A stretch of DNA of 64,000 bases, from positions 64,001-128,000 of IMG/VR virus record IMGVR_UViG_3300028888_001628; one strand, 5' to 3'. This DNA is from a virus. Its lineage: Duplodnaviria > Caudoviricetes. Position 1 is the first letter of the stretch; every line of letters starts with the position of its first letter. The notes beneath the pieces were generated by a model. It saw only the letters and a list, made by a program, of their open reading frames with translations. It made no database searches and was not told the origin of the DNA. This document shows, piece by piece, positions 10,407 through 19,623 of this stretch. Made by a program: the position numbers and the translations under genes.

Positions 10407-11874
10407 AGTTATGTTAGAAGCTTACAAAGATAAGATTAGCGTAGTTGAAAGTGTCCGTGGTGGTATGTCAGATGACGCCAAAAAGACACTTGCTCGCGTA
10501 TTAAATAATACAGATAATGCTCTCAATGATCTTCGTGCCATTAGTGGTATGAAGAATGAAAGCGTTTGCCGTGACACACCATCCTCACAGTACAGTGGTA
10601 TCGATTGGTTCCCTGAACACTCAATCGACATGGTCAGTGCTATCTATGCTTCACAGATTATCGATGACATCGTTTCAGTTCAGTCAATTGATTCACCTCT
10701 CGGTGTTATTCGTTTTCTACAGTACGTTTATGGTCAGGATCGTGGCGCTGCTAAACGTAATGGCGTTGCTATTGATCAGTGGGGTGCAATGCAAGGTGCC
10801 GCTCAGGGTAACTTTGTAGCTCGTGAGCGTATCGACGGTGAGCAGGTTAACGAAGCCACACAGAACACAACTGCACATACATGGACACTTAAAGGCTTTT
10901 GCCAGCATCTTCCACTTAAGCTCAACCCTGATAGTCCATTCATTTTGACAAATGAAGCCAATCAGAGGATGTACTACGTTCGCGCTTGTAAAGGTGGTTG
11001 GAAAGTTTCAGCCATCGATACAGATGGCACTGAAGAAGAGCTTGCTAACGCTACAGTATCGCTTCTTTCACCAGCTTCTGGTGAATTTGACATTGTGTTA
11101 CCAACAGATGAAGGTACTGCAACTGATACATGGTCAGTTTCATACTTCCAGGATCTAAGCGAAGTTCCTACAGATTCTATGAACCTTGAACTTCGTCTTC
11201 GTACTGAAATGATTAAAGCTGTTCCTCACAAAATCCGTGCTAACTTCTCATTTGATGCTTCCTATGCACTTTCTAAAGCTCACGGTATTAACGTTGAGGA
11301 ATCACTCGTTAATGCTTGCACCGCAGAAATTCGTCAGGAACGTGATAATGAAGTCATTGGCATTCTAATGCGTCAGGCTGGTAATCGCCGTGAATGGGAT
11401 CGTACAGTTACTTCCTACATTTCACAGCACGATCACGATATGAGTTTCCTTAATGAGATCTTTGCTTGTGCATCACTCATTAACTTCGAAACAAAACGTG
11501 GTTTTGGTAACTGGGTAGTTGTTGGTCGTCAGGGTCTCAACATTATTAGATCAGCTGGTTCTGATCACTTCAAAGCCGCAGGCGCTACACTTCCTAACAA
11601 TGGTGCATTCGTTGTTGGTGAACTCGAAAGTCAGATCAAGGTTATTTACTCACCATACGTTCCACAGGATTCATACCTCGTTGGTTACAAAGGTTCCGAT
11701 ATGGATGCTGGCTTCGTAGTTGCAGACTTCCTCCCAATTACAAAGACAGATCTAGTAATGCTTGATGATTTCGTTGGACGTCAGGGTCTCGTTTCCTATT
11801 ACGGAACTAAGATGTTAAATCCAAAAATGTATGTGGTAGGGAAGATTGTTGGTGGTGATCCTAATCTTCGTTAA
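10399..11874 (+). CDS. Major capsid protein, T4 gp23-like
   Basis: DIVSVQSIDSPLGVIRFL, KIRANFS...LSKAHGINVEESL..EI..E.DNEVI, RGFGNWVV and LVGYKG...DAG motifs; strong codon bias. Confidence 0.93.
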   Translation: MNKVMLEAYKDKISVVESVRGGMSDDAKKTLARVLNNTDNALNDLRAISGMKNESVCRDTPSSQYSGIDWFPEHSIDMVSAIYASQIIDDIVSVQSIDSPLGVIRFLQYVYGQDRGAAKRNGVAIDQWGAMQGAAQGNFVARERIDGEQVNEATQNTTAHTWTLKGFCQHLPLKLNPDSPFILTNEANQRMYYVRACKGGWKVSAIDTDGTEEELANATVSLLSPASGEFDIVLPTDEGTATDTWSVSYFQDLSEVPTDSMNLELRLRTEMIKAVPHKIRANFSFDASYALSKAHGINVEESLVNACTAEIRQERDNEVIGILMRQAGNRREWDRTVTSYISQHDHDMSFLNEIFACASLINFETKRGFGNWVVVGRQGLNIIRSAGSDHFKAAGATLPNNGAFVVGELESQIKVIYSPYVPQDSYLVGYKGSDMDAGFVVADFLPITKTDLVMLDDFVGRQGLVSYYGTKMLNPKMYVVGKIVGGDPNLR

Positions 11875-11895
11875 TATTAACGAATAAATAAAATT

Positions 11896-11928
11896 ATACC
11901 CTCTAGTTTTTAACTAGAGGGTATTTTT
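11896..11928 (+). terminator. Intrinsic terminator after the capsid gene
   Basis: ataccctctagtt / aactagagggtat followed by tttt. Confidence 0.8.
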
Positions 11929-11974
11929 GTATATAAATTAAAATAGTGTTTATTTAACAATTATATTACTAACT

Positions 11975-12320
11975 ATGAAAAAGAAAGATATTAATGAACT
12001 TAAAGAATTGTATTTAAATAAATCATATAATAAACTAACTATTACAGACATTTATTATAATTCTGATAAGAAAACATGGTGTGCGGTATGCAAGTGTGAG
12101 TGTGGTTCGCAATGCAGTAAGTCATTAAATAAAGTAATATCTGGTCATACTAAAACATGTGGTGGCAGAGTTCAAGAATAGAGAGCCGTCAAAACATAAA
12201 TATGTAATGGAAGCCATTCATAATGGTGATTGTATTTCAGTTTATAACCCAGGTTCGTTTACTAATATATTCGTAAGAACCGGTTATCACTTAGATGGAA
12301 TGAAGGTTGTAGAAGATTAA
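11975..12320 (+). pseudogene. Remnant of a free-standing homing endonuclease gene (HNH/AP2-associated Cys-rich N-terminus)
   Basis: YNKLT...CKCECG...L..VISGHTKTCG then a stop at 12181; the +1 frame is open from 12138 to TAA 12320. Confidence 0.6.
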
Positions 12321-12337
12321 ATAAAATACTGTATTTT

Positions 12338-12348
12338 TTGTATATCTA
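12338..12348 (+). promoter_or_regulatory. Overlapping TTGTATAT and ATATCTA motifs (TTGTATATCTA)
   Basis: Identical 11-mer also at 55460. Confidence 0.45.
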
Positions 12349-12391
12349 TAGTTATAGTATATCAAAATAACCTATATGTGAGATCAGTATT

Positions 12392-13321
12392 ATGGCATCT
12401 ATAGATTGGAAAAAAGTTTGGGAATCAGCTCTAGCTAATAAAGAGATATTCCCTGTTAAGTTTATTAACAAAGATACAATCTCAGTCTCATGCCCTACAC
12501 GCTTTTCTAAATCAGGTGAATTATCAATAGAAATTACGCCTTTTTTTAACGAGGCTTCTATAGTTTTAGAACTACTTGTATTTAACGAAAATTTACTTCT
12601 TGATGAATTACCTTCTGAGAAAGAAGTTGATTCTGAGAAATCATCTACAGATGATTTTAACAGGTTAGTTGCAAGATTAGTTAAATACGAATTAGACAAT
12701 CGCATAATGGAAAGATTCAAGATTAAATCAAGTGGTTTTAAATCAGAGACTGAGGCAGAAAATACATTAGTCGATTATATAAATAGTAAAGCAACGGAGA
12801 GTGGGAGAATGTTTGACGATAAATTAGATGAGCTGAATGATTCTATTACAGCTAAAAAAGAAGAGAACTATTATCACATTCTAGAGTCTATTCGTAAAAA
12901 TAGATCATTTATTCTTAAGAAAGTAGAATCAATATTATTCAATAATTACAAATGGCACACTTCAAAGAATGAAGCTTACGATGATTCTACTGCATCTTTT
13001 TATGACGTGAATGGAAACTTATCAGCAGTCGTTTCATTAGTTGATAATTTTATTATAGTCGATCTTGCAAAAGGCGTTACAGCAAAAGTAAGTGCTATTC
13101 AATCTGACGAAGATATTGAAAAAGAACTTATTGATGATGTTGATGCTGCAAAAGAAGTAATGGCAAATAATGAAGTTAATCAGCTACGACAAGTTGTAGC
13201 TGATAATGAGCCTGAACCTGCAGATCCGCTTGATGATGAAGAAGACTATTTTGAATCTTTGTCACGTAGAATTACAAAACTAGAGAATCTATTTATCCGT
13301 CGTAAATTACGTAGACTATAA
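12392..13321 (+). CDS. Putative prohead core/scaffold-type protein
   Basis: Acidic; multiple xxE-S/A sites; C-terminal LSRRITKLE followed by basic RRKLRRL; located in the head cluster. Confidence 0.5.
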   Translation: MASIDWKKVWESALANKEIFPVKFINKDTISVSCPTRFSKSGELSIEITPFFNEASIVLELLVFNENLLLDELPSEKEVDSEKSSTDDFNRLVARLVKYELDNRIMERFKIKSSGFKSETEAENTLVDYINSKATESGRMFDDKLDELNDSITAKKEENYYHILESIRKNRSFILKKVESILFNNYKWHTSKNEAYDDSTASFYDVNGNLSAVVSLVDNFIIVDLAKGVTAKVSAIQSDEDIEKELIDDVDAAKEVMANNEVNQLRQVVADNEPEPADPLDDEEDYFESLSRRITKLENLFIRRKLRRL

Positions 13322-13336
13322 TTATTAGAGGTTAAT

Positions 13337-13777
13337 ATGTCAAAAATTTCATTTACTTTAAATGCATATAGTCATGTAAGAGTACATGATTTAAATAATA
13401 AATCATATAAATTAAAACGAGGCGTAAATCATTTAGAGTTAGAATATAAAGATTATGAATCACTAATGAAAGCTTTGGGCTGTACGCCACTACCTGATCC
13501 TGATTTAGTAAAAGAATCAAAGCCTGAAGAACCCGTTACTGAAGAACAGGCTGAACCTGTTGTTGAGCAGATTAAATCAGAAGAGCCTGTTGTTGAAGAA
13601 CCGGTTGAATCAAAGCCTGAAGAACCACCTGTTGAAGAACAGACTGCATCTGAAGATAAATATTCAGAAATGTCATACAGTCAGTTAAAGGCAGAATATA
13701 AACGTATTACTGGAAAATCTTGTAAGTTAAAGAAAGAAGAAGTAATCGAATTCTTACGGGAACACGAAAATGTTTAA
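13337..13777 (+). CDS. Protein with a Pro/Glu-rich linker and C-terminal HeH/Rho-N-like helical domain
   Basis: YSEMSYSQLKAEYKRITG...KKEEVIEFL; 20-nt direct repeat at 13514 and 13607. Confidence 0.55.
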   Translation: MSKISFTLNAYSHVRVHDLNNKSYKLKRGVNHLELEYKDYESLMKALGCTPLPDPDLVKESKPEEPVTEEQAEPVVEQIKSEEPVVEEPVESKPEEPPVEEQTASEDKYSEMSYSQLKAEYKRITGKSCKLKKEEVIEFLREHENV

Positions 13778-14420
13778 TAGATCACAGATCTTAGACGCGG
13801 TTAAAACTCGTTTAGGATATCCAGTTATTGATTTAGCAATAACTGATGAAATGATATTAAAACAAATAGATTGTGCAGTTAATAAAGTTATTCCATATCT
13901 AAATAATGTAGAGCTTTTTACAGTATATAATAAAACTGTTGATTTTAATCACAAGAAAGTATATACAGTATTAAGAGTAACTTCATCTAATGATACTGAA
14001 ACAATAAATTTAGACAAAGCTGTTAACTACGGTTTTTACATTACAAACAATGCAAGATCTATAGTTGATTGCGCTGTTTGGAATTATTATTGTAATTCAG
14101 TACAAGATGATTTAAATCCCATTGGTTTTAGATTAGTTGGTGATACTTTATACATAGATGGCGGTAACGCACCTTGGACTATTGAAGCTGTAACAGAGCA
14201 TTCAATAAATACAATGACAGAAGATTATGTCAACTGGATTACTGATTATTCTGTTGCATTGACTAAATGCGTAGAAGGTGAGATTCGTTCTAAAGTAAAG
14301 ATCACTGGATCACCTGTCGAAACGAATGGGTCAGAGTTAAAACAAGAGGGTATTACAGAAAAGACCGCTCTTGAAGAAAAACTCGGTACACAGCTTGGTT
14401 TATTTTATGCAACTCGCTAA
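13770..14420 (+). CDS. Neck / head-completion protein (T4 gp13-like)
   Basis: RLGYPVIDLAITDE, WITDYSVALTK...GEIRSK and NGSELKQEG..EK..LEE motifs. Confidence 0.8.
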   Translation: MFNRSQILDAVKTRLGYPVIDLAITDEMILKQIDCAVNKVIPYLNNVELFTVYNKTVDFNHKKVYTVLRVTSSNDTETINLDKAVNYGFYITNNARSIVDCAVWNYYCNSVQDDLNPIGFRLVGDTLYIDGGNAPWTIEAVTEHSINTMTEDYVNWITDYSVALTKCVEGEIRSKVKITGSPVETNGSELKQEGITEKTALEEKLGTQLGLFYATR

Positions 14421-14458
14421 ATAATATATAAACTTATTTTATAATAGAGGTGTTAATT

Positions 14459-14890
14459 ATGATGAGTCGTACTGATGAAATTAAAAACATTATGCGTCAA
14501 CTTCGTGAAAGCAAATCAGTTGAAGCTAAGAATGAATCACTAAAGAAAGTTAATGAAGAATCTGAAGCTGCTGACACAGAAAATGATACTTCTGAATCCG
14601 ATTTAATTCTTGCTCGCCTTGAAGATATTCTTGCTCGTTTTGAAAAAGTAATCGCGGCTGCAGATGGTGAAGAACCTACTGAAGACGAAGAAATGCCTGC
14701 CGAAGATGAAGAAGCACCTGCCGAAGATGAAGGTGGTGAAGACGAGGAAACATCTGCTGAAGAAGAGGGTGGTGAAGAGGAAGCCGCTGAAGAATCATTT
14801 GAACGATCTATTGAAAATCGTCTTGCTGCATTAGAACGTCGTTTTACAGAATCACGCCGTCGTCATCTCTGCCGTCGTTTTACTCGTTAA
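14459..14890 (+). CDS. Putative prohead scaffold/core protein
   Basis: Very acidic coiled-coil protein with many E-S sites (KNES, EES, FTES) and an Arg-rich C-terminus; capsid-like codon bias; GAGG RBS. Confidence 0.6.
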   Translation: MMSRTDEIKNIMRQLRESKSVEAKNESLKKVNEESEAADTENDTSESDLILARLEDILARFEKVIAAADGEEPTEDEEMPAEDEEAPAEDEGGEDEETSAEEEGGEEEAAEESFERSIENRLAALERRFTESRRRHLCRRFTR

Positions 14891-14914
14891 TATATAATAT
14901 TTTATAAAACATAA

Positions 14915-14956
14915 TAAAGGTACCATTTAATATCTAACCATTAAATGGTACCTTTA
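14915..14956 (+). terminator. 16-17 bp hairpin (terminator or regulatory), ATATCTA in the loop
   Basis: taaaggtaccatttaa / ttaaatggtaccttta; followed by CTGTATAT. Confidence 0.6.
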
Positions 14957-14978
14957 ACTGTATATAGTTAATAGAATT

Positions 14979-15347
14979 ATGAAGTCTATATTATTACATT
15001 ATAATGATGACGAGTTTAAACAGTTTATTCTAGAGTACACTAGATCTTTTGCGCTACGTAAATGTACTACTTACTTCAAAGATGAAGAGATAAAAGAGTT
15101 TTTACTTGATGAAGAAGATGGTAATGCTGCTAAATATACTATTTCAGACATAGTGAAAACAATAGATATAGTAAATAATTCAATAAGATATACTAATCAA
15201 CAGCTTGTTAATCATTTAGTTTACGATTTAGGTTATCGTGTATGGTATGATATATTTAACTATGTAAATAATGCACTACCAACTATATATCTCAAATATA
15301 ACGGTATTAAACAGCTGAATTTAGTAAGAGAGGATCCACGAAAATGA
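14979..15347 (+). CDS. Hypothetical protein
   Basis: 122-aa ORF overlapping the next gene (ATGA). Confidence 0.65.
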   Translation: MKSILLHYNDDEFKQFILEYTRSFALRKCTTYFKDEEIKEFLLDEEDGNAAKYTISDIVKTIDIVNNSIRYTNQQLVNHLVYDLGYRVWYDIFNYVNNALPTIYLKYNGIKQLNLVREDPRK

Positions 15348-15817
15348 CAAGTCTATTATTCAGTGATAAAGAATTGTGTCTTACTAGAAATTTTATAGAC
15401 GAAGCATATCGCTTGTTTGGAATAGACTGTGTAGTTTTTGATGTTACCTCTATGAATATGTATGGTGATGATAGACATTTATCATCAGGTACACCTTATA
15501 AGATTCTATTATCAGAATATGTAGACACAAGATTATTATCAAATTTAAAATGGTCTACATTAGATGCTAATAGAGAAGCTATCACCGCGCTAGCACCGAT
15601 CCAATATAACGGAATTAAATTTAATCTTAGAGAGTTTAATGTTATTAGACTAAATAATGGCGATACATATCAGATACGAGAAGTTAATTCTACATATTTA
15701 CTATCAACACATTACGCTATAAAACTAATAACATACAGAGATGAAAAAGACCGCCCAAGAGAAGATAAGCAAATGAAAACAAATTATCTTAAAACTACTA
15801 GGGAGGAATTTGAATGA
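15344..15817 (+). CDS. Neck / head-closure protein (T4 gp14-like)
   Basis: FIDEAYRLFGIDC N-terminus; located between neck and tail terminator genes. Confidence 0.6.
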   Translation: MTSLLFSDKELCLTRNFIDEAYRLFGIDCVVFDVTSMNMYGDDRHLSSGTPYKILLSEYVDTRLLSNLKWSTLDANREAITALAPIQYNGIKFNLREFNVIRLNNGDTYQIREVNSTYLLSTHYAIKLITYRDEKDRPREDKQMKTNYLKTTREEFE

Positions 15818-16545
15818 TAGACATTCGCGATTATGACATGGCTGTTGTAGAAAGAATTAAATCCTATTTCAATAATACGCATTGGATTAATCGTCAAACT
15901 ATACCAATTAAAGATATTCGTGATAGAAAAGTTCTTAATGGTTGTGATATAGAGTTTCCATTAGTTACAGTTAGAAGAGTTAACTGTCCAATGTTTTCAA
16001 AAGAATATAATTCTTGGTCTAGAGCTAACACTGGTCAAGCTTACCTAACTGCTGATAGTAGATACAAATCAAATGATTTACGTGATTATGATTTAGATCT
16101 TGCTAAACAGATAATTGAATCAGGGCATCACGATGCCGTATCACTTGTAAACTCTACATTTGATTTAACGTATTATATAGATGTTATTTCTTTAGAGCGA
16201 GATAACTTTGATACTATTTTAGTAGAATTACAAGAGAATCTGTTTAGAGTTCCATATCTTCAATTCGATAATCTTAAACGTAACGGTGAGCAGGATAAAT
16301 TAGTTAAGGGTCAAGCTTGCCATTTTATAGTAGAAGAAATAGAAGATACATCTGATCTTGAGAATTTTGATTCAGGTAATTCATTATATAGAGCTACTAT
16401 AACAGCTAAAGTAAATGCTTATATTTATCGTAAATATAGAAGTAAGACTTTAGAGAAGATTGGAATGAAGTTTGTTGACGGTACTGATGCTACAGATCGT
16501 ACTGTATTAGAATATACTATCCCAGAAGAGAATAACGATGGCTGA
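15814..16545 (+). CDS. Tail terminator / sheath stabiliser (gp15-like)
   Basis: YDMAV...FPLVTVRR...FDLTYYID...YRATITAKV pattern; precedes sheath and tube genes. Confidence 0.6.
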   Translation: MIDIRDYDMAVVERIKSYFNNTHWINRQTIPIKDIRDRKVLNGCDIEFPLVTVRRVNCPMFSKEYNSWSRANTGQAYLTADSRYKSNDLRDYDLDLAKQIIESGHHDAVSLVNSTFDLTYYIDVISLERDNFDTILVELQENLFRVPYLQFDNLKRNGEQDKLVKGQACHFIVEEIEDTSDLENFDSGNSLYRATITAKVNAYIYRKYRSKTLEKIGMKFVDGTDATDRTVLEYTIPEENNDG

Positions 16546-18244
16546 TATTACACTTGTAAGAAGATCTTTACTAGATGAATCCACTATAGGTGCAATAGTA
16601 TGTCATACACCAAAGACATTTAAAGATAGTAAGTGTAAACTAATAAAGACGAACGATGAGCTAATTCAATATTTCGGAGATCCGTATATAGATCCTTATA
16701 TGTATTCTGATCTACTTATCGCAAGCAAATTACTTACTAATGGAATTCCATTATATATTTCATCTGTAAACGATACACCTGTTAATAATGATGGTTTTAC
16801 AATATGCGATTATAATGGTTATACAGAGTTTGTTTTTGATTCTATTAAAACTAAAAATGACTTGGGTGAAGAAGTTGTACTTGCACCGTGTCTTACATAC
16901 GAACTAAAATCAGATATTAAATTCTGTCAGCCTTTAATAAATAGAATTGAAGTTTCAAATGAAAAGCATAGAATTCATTTGTATGTAGGTCTCTATTATA
17001 TAGACATTTATAAATCTAAAACACTAGAAGAAATAAAAAGTCTAGATTCTAATCGACTATATAGAACATTTCATTTTGTGTTTGATTTAGATGCATCTAA
17101 AACTACAAACAAAGTAATTGTAGATGATTTTAGACTTAACGGTCTAGAGTTACATTTAAATAATACAAACTTTGTTGATTATTTCACCAATCTATTTAAA
17201 TTTAAAGATGGCGTATCTTCTGACTATGCAATCGATATATTGCTAAAATCACCTACAGATGATGAAGAATTAAATTACGATGTAGAGACTAATTATTATA
17301 GGTATAATATTCATACAAGTGATTATAAATATGACTTTGATAGCTCTAAAGATAACGAAGACCGTAATATACTATTAGAATATTATAATTCTATAGACTA
17401 TCTTGTGGAGATGAAACCTGAGCCACTTATGATGTGCCTAGGTAAGTTAATTAGTATATCGCATACAGAGTCAGAAGTCTACTCACATACAGTTAGAGAT
17501 TTAGGTCATGAATATCACGTATCAGTTTGTAATCATTTGATGGAATCATTTGATGAGAATAGTAACACTTATTTATTTATAAATACACCAGATCTATCTG
17601 TATCTTCTGTAATAGATCTATTAAATTGTGAAAAGCAATATACTTATTCACCTGAGCTACTAACAAATTATAATTGTGATTTATTCTTTGGTTACGCTAC
17701 AGATCTTGTTAGTAATTCATTATCACGCAGTTATATACAGAAAGCAAATTATTCAGCAGCTATATTATCGTTCTATAATCTTATGCGAAATAATGTTGCT
17801 TATATTACAAATAACTTTGTATCGCTTAATATCGCGAACAGATGTGTTAAACTTGTAATCTCTGAAAAATCAGCTTCTAAATTAAAAGAAGCTCACTGTA
17901 ATTCTATTGTATTATTTGACATAGGGAGTCCATCTTCTTATGGTGATAGATCACTATCTAGATCACCAAACTTACAATATAGTCACATATCAAGAAGTGT
18001 TGTCTTTATAAGAAGACTAATTAACGAATATATAGAGACTAGAAAGTTTACTCATAATACAGTATTTAATACAGACATTAGCGTTAATTATATTAAGAAG
18101 TCTATCTTAGATACTTTTGTATCTATCGGGACTTTACAATATTACAATGTCACTTATACTATAAGTGGTAAAACAGTTAATATGCAGATAGATTTATTAT
18201 TCTCACAAATAGCAGAAAATATTATTTTGAATTTTACTATATAA
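16538..18244 (+). CDS. Divergent tail sheath-like protein (sheath paralogue 1)
   Basis: LIQYFGDP N-terminal motif and SYGDRSL...YSHISRSVVFIRRLI...FTHN C-terminal sheath motif; adjacent to tube. Confidence 0.65.
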   Translation: MADITLVRRSLLDESTIGAIVCHTPKTFKDSKCKLIKTNDELIQYFGDPYIDPYMYSDLLIASKLLTNGIPLYISSVNDTPVNNDGFTICDYNGYTEFVFDSIKTKNDLGEEVVLAPCLTYELKSDIKFCQPLINRIEVSNEKHRIHLYVGLYYIDIYKSKTLEEIKSLDSNRLYRTFHFVFDLDASKTTNKVIVDDFRLNGLELHLNNTNFVDYFTNLFKFKDGVSSDYAIDILLKSPTDDEELNYDVETNYYRYNIHTSDYKYDFDSSKDNEDRNILLEYYNSIDYLVEMKPEPLMMCLGKLISISHTESEVYSHTVRDLGHEYHVSVCNHLMESFDENSNTYLFINTPDLSVSSVIDLLNCEKQYTYSPELLTNYNCDLFFGYATDLVSNSLSRSYIQKANYSAAILSFYNLMRNNVAYITNNFVSLNIANRCVKLVISEKSASKLKEAHCNSIVLFDIGSPSSYGDRSLSRSPNLQYSHISRSVVFIRRLINEYIETRKFTHNTVFNTDISVNYIKKSILDTFVSIGTLQYYNVTYTISGKTVNMQIDLLFSQIAENIILNFTI

Positions 18245-18259
18245 TATATGGAGGTCATT

Positions 18260-18814
18260 ATGCCAGATACAGCCGCTCAGTATTTAGCAGCGTCACATTT
18301 TGCGAATGATGCAAATTTTGAAGTTCAACGCACTAATCACTTTGAGATCTTACTCGATCTAACCCCTGTCTTTAAAGATGGTAGTGCTGGGTTTAACGTT
18401 GCTAATCATATTAGATTGTCAACAAAATCAGTTACTGCACCTAAAGTTACATCTGAAGCTATTACATTAAAACATGGTAATGATACAGTTAAAGTTGCAG
18501 CCGCACCAACTTACGACGATTTAACTATTACAGTTTACGATACAATCGGTAAAGACCAGGTAAATACACTACAGTCATGGTATAATAAAGTATTTGATTA
18601 TAATACCAAACTAATGGGTTTAGTTAGTGCTTATAAAGCAAGCGGTACTTTATATATGTACTCACCTGATTGCAGTGCAATTCGTAAATGGGTATTAGAA
18701 GGTGTATGGCCTAGATCATTTGGTATGGGGACAGAGTTCTCATTTGATTCAGCTGAAGCTATGACAGTCACACTTGAACTATCAGTTGACCGCTATCACG
18801 AAGAATCAGTCTAA
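18260..18814 (+). CDS. Tail tube protein (T4 gp19-like)
   Basis: FEVQRTNHF, DLTITVYD, YKASGTLYMYSPD...KWVLEGVWP, LSVD; GGAGGT RBS before ATG 18260. Confidence 0.88.
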   Translation: MPDTAAQYLAASHFANDANFEVQRTNHFEILLDLTPVFKDGSAGFNVANHIRLSTKSVTAPKVTSEAITLKHGNDTVKVAAAPTYDDLTITVYDTIGKDQVNTLQSWYNKVFDYNTKLMGLVSAYKASGTLYMYSPDCSAIRKWVLEGVWPRSFGMGTEFSFDSAEAMTVTLELSVDRYHEESV

Positions 18815-18842
18815 TTACATAAAGATACATTAAATAATATAG

Positions 18843-18880
18843 ACGGGTATAGAGATTTGATCTATACCCGTTTTATTTTT
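18843..18880 (+). terminator. Intrinsic terminator
   Basis: acgggtataga / tctatacccgt followed by tttattttt. Confidence 0.8.
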
Positions 18881-18890
18881 CTTTAAATGT

Positions 18891-18898
18891 TTGTATAT
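18891..18898 (+). promoter_or_regulatory. TTGTATAT motif (putative early/middle promoter)
   Basis: Recurs in about a dozen intergenic regions, mostly before replication or metabolic genes. Confidence 0.45.
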
Positions 18899-18939
18899 AC
18901 TATAAATCAAATTCCACTCTACTATTGTGAGCGAGCGTT

Positions 18940-19617
18940 ATGAAAATTATAGCTGTATCTGATTTACACGGTAATCTTATTAAGATAAAAGATGAATGTG
19001 ATGTGTTTGTTATAGCAGGTGATTGGTCACCTTTGCAAATACAGAGCATTAATAGTTTGATGACTAATTGGGTAACTGATGAGTTCATTCCATGGATGAT
19101 GGAATTGAATGCAAAGCACGTTATTCTTATCCCTGGTAATCACGACTTTATTTGTACGACAAAGAAATTTAGATCAGATTTTTTATACAGTATTACAAAG
19201 ATGGGATTACATAAAAAGATTCATTATCTATGTAATGAATCAGTAGTAATTGACGATAAGAAATTTTATGGTATGCCAAATAATGAATCGCCTAATGGAT
19301 GGGCCTTTTCAAAGACGAATGGGCAGTCTTATGATTTTGAAGCTGATACAGATATTCTAATTACGCATCAACCACCGATGATAGGCGATGTTGGTTTTGT
19401 TAGTAAATATAATAAAGATCTAGGTTCTAGAGAATTGCGTAACAAGTTACTTGATTCAGTAGTATCTTTAAATATTTGTGGTCATATACACACAGGATCT
19501 CATCTAGAGCACATTATTAGAGGTAAGAAAGGTAATTTAATTAGTGTCTTTAACGTGTCAATCTTAGATGAAGATTACGATATAGCATACAACCCAACTA
19601 TAATTGAAATTAAGTAG
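18940..19617 (+). CDS. Calcineurin-like metallophosphoesterase
   Basis: SDLHG, AGD, GNHD, THQPP and GHIH motifs. Confidence 0.92.
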   Translation: MKIIAVSDLHGNLIKIKDECDVFVIAGDWSPLQIQSINSLMTNWVTDEFIPWMMELNAKHVILIPGNHDFICTTKKFRSDFLYSITKMGLHKKIHYLCNESVVIDDKKFYGMPNNESPNGWAFSKTNGQSYDFEADTDILITHQPPMIGDVGFVSKYNKDLGSRELRNKLLDSVVSLNICGHIHTGSHLEHIIRGKKGNLISVFNVSILDEDYDIAYNPTIIEIK

Positions 19618-19623
19618 GTGATT

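Noticed and set aside
11922-11929. Bacteroidota-type TAnnTTTG promoter explaining the TTGTATAT sites
   Set aside because: It fits one or two sites by virtue of the T-tract only; conservation extends 3' (TATAT) rather than 5', and the genome uses SD sequences.
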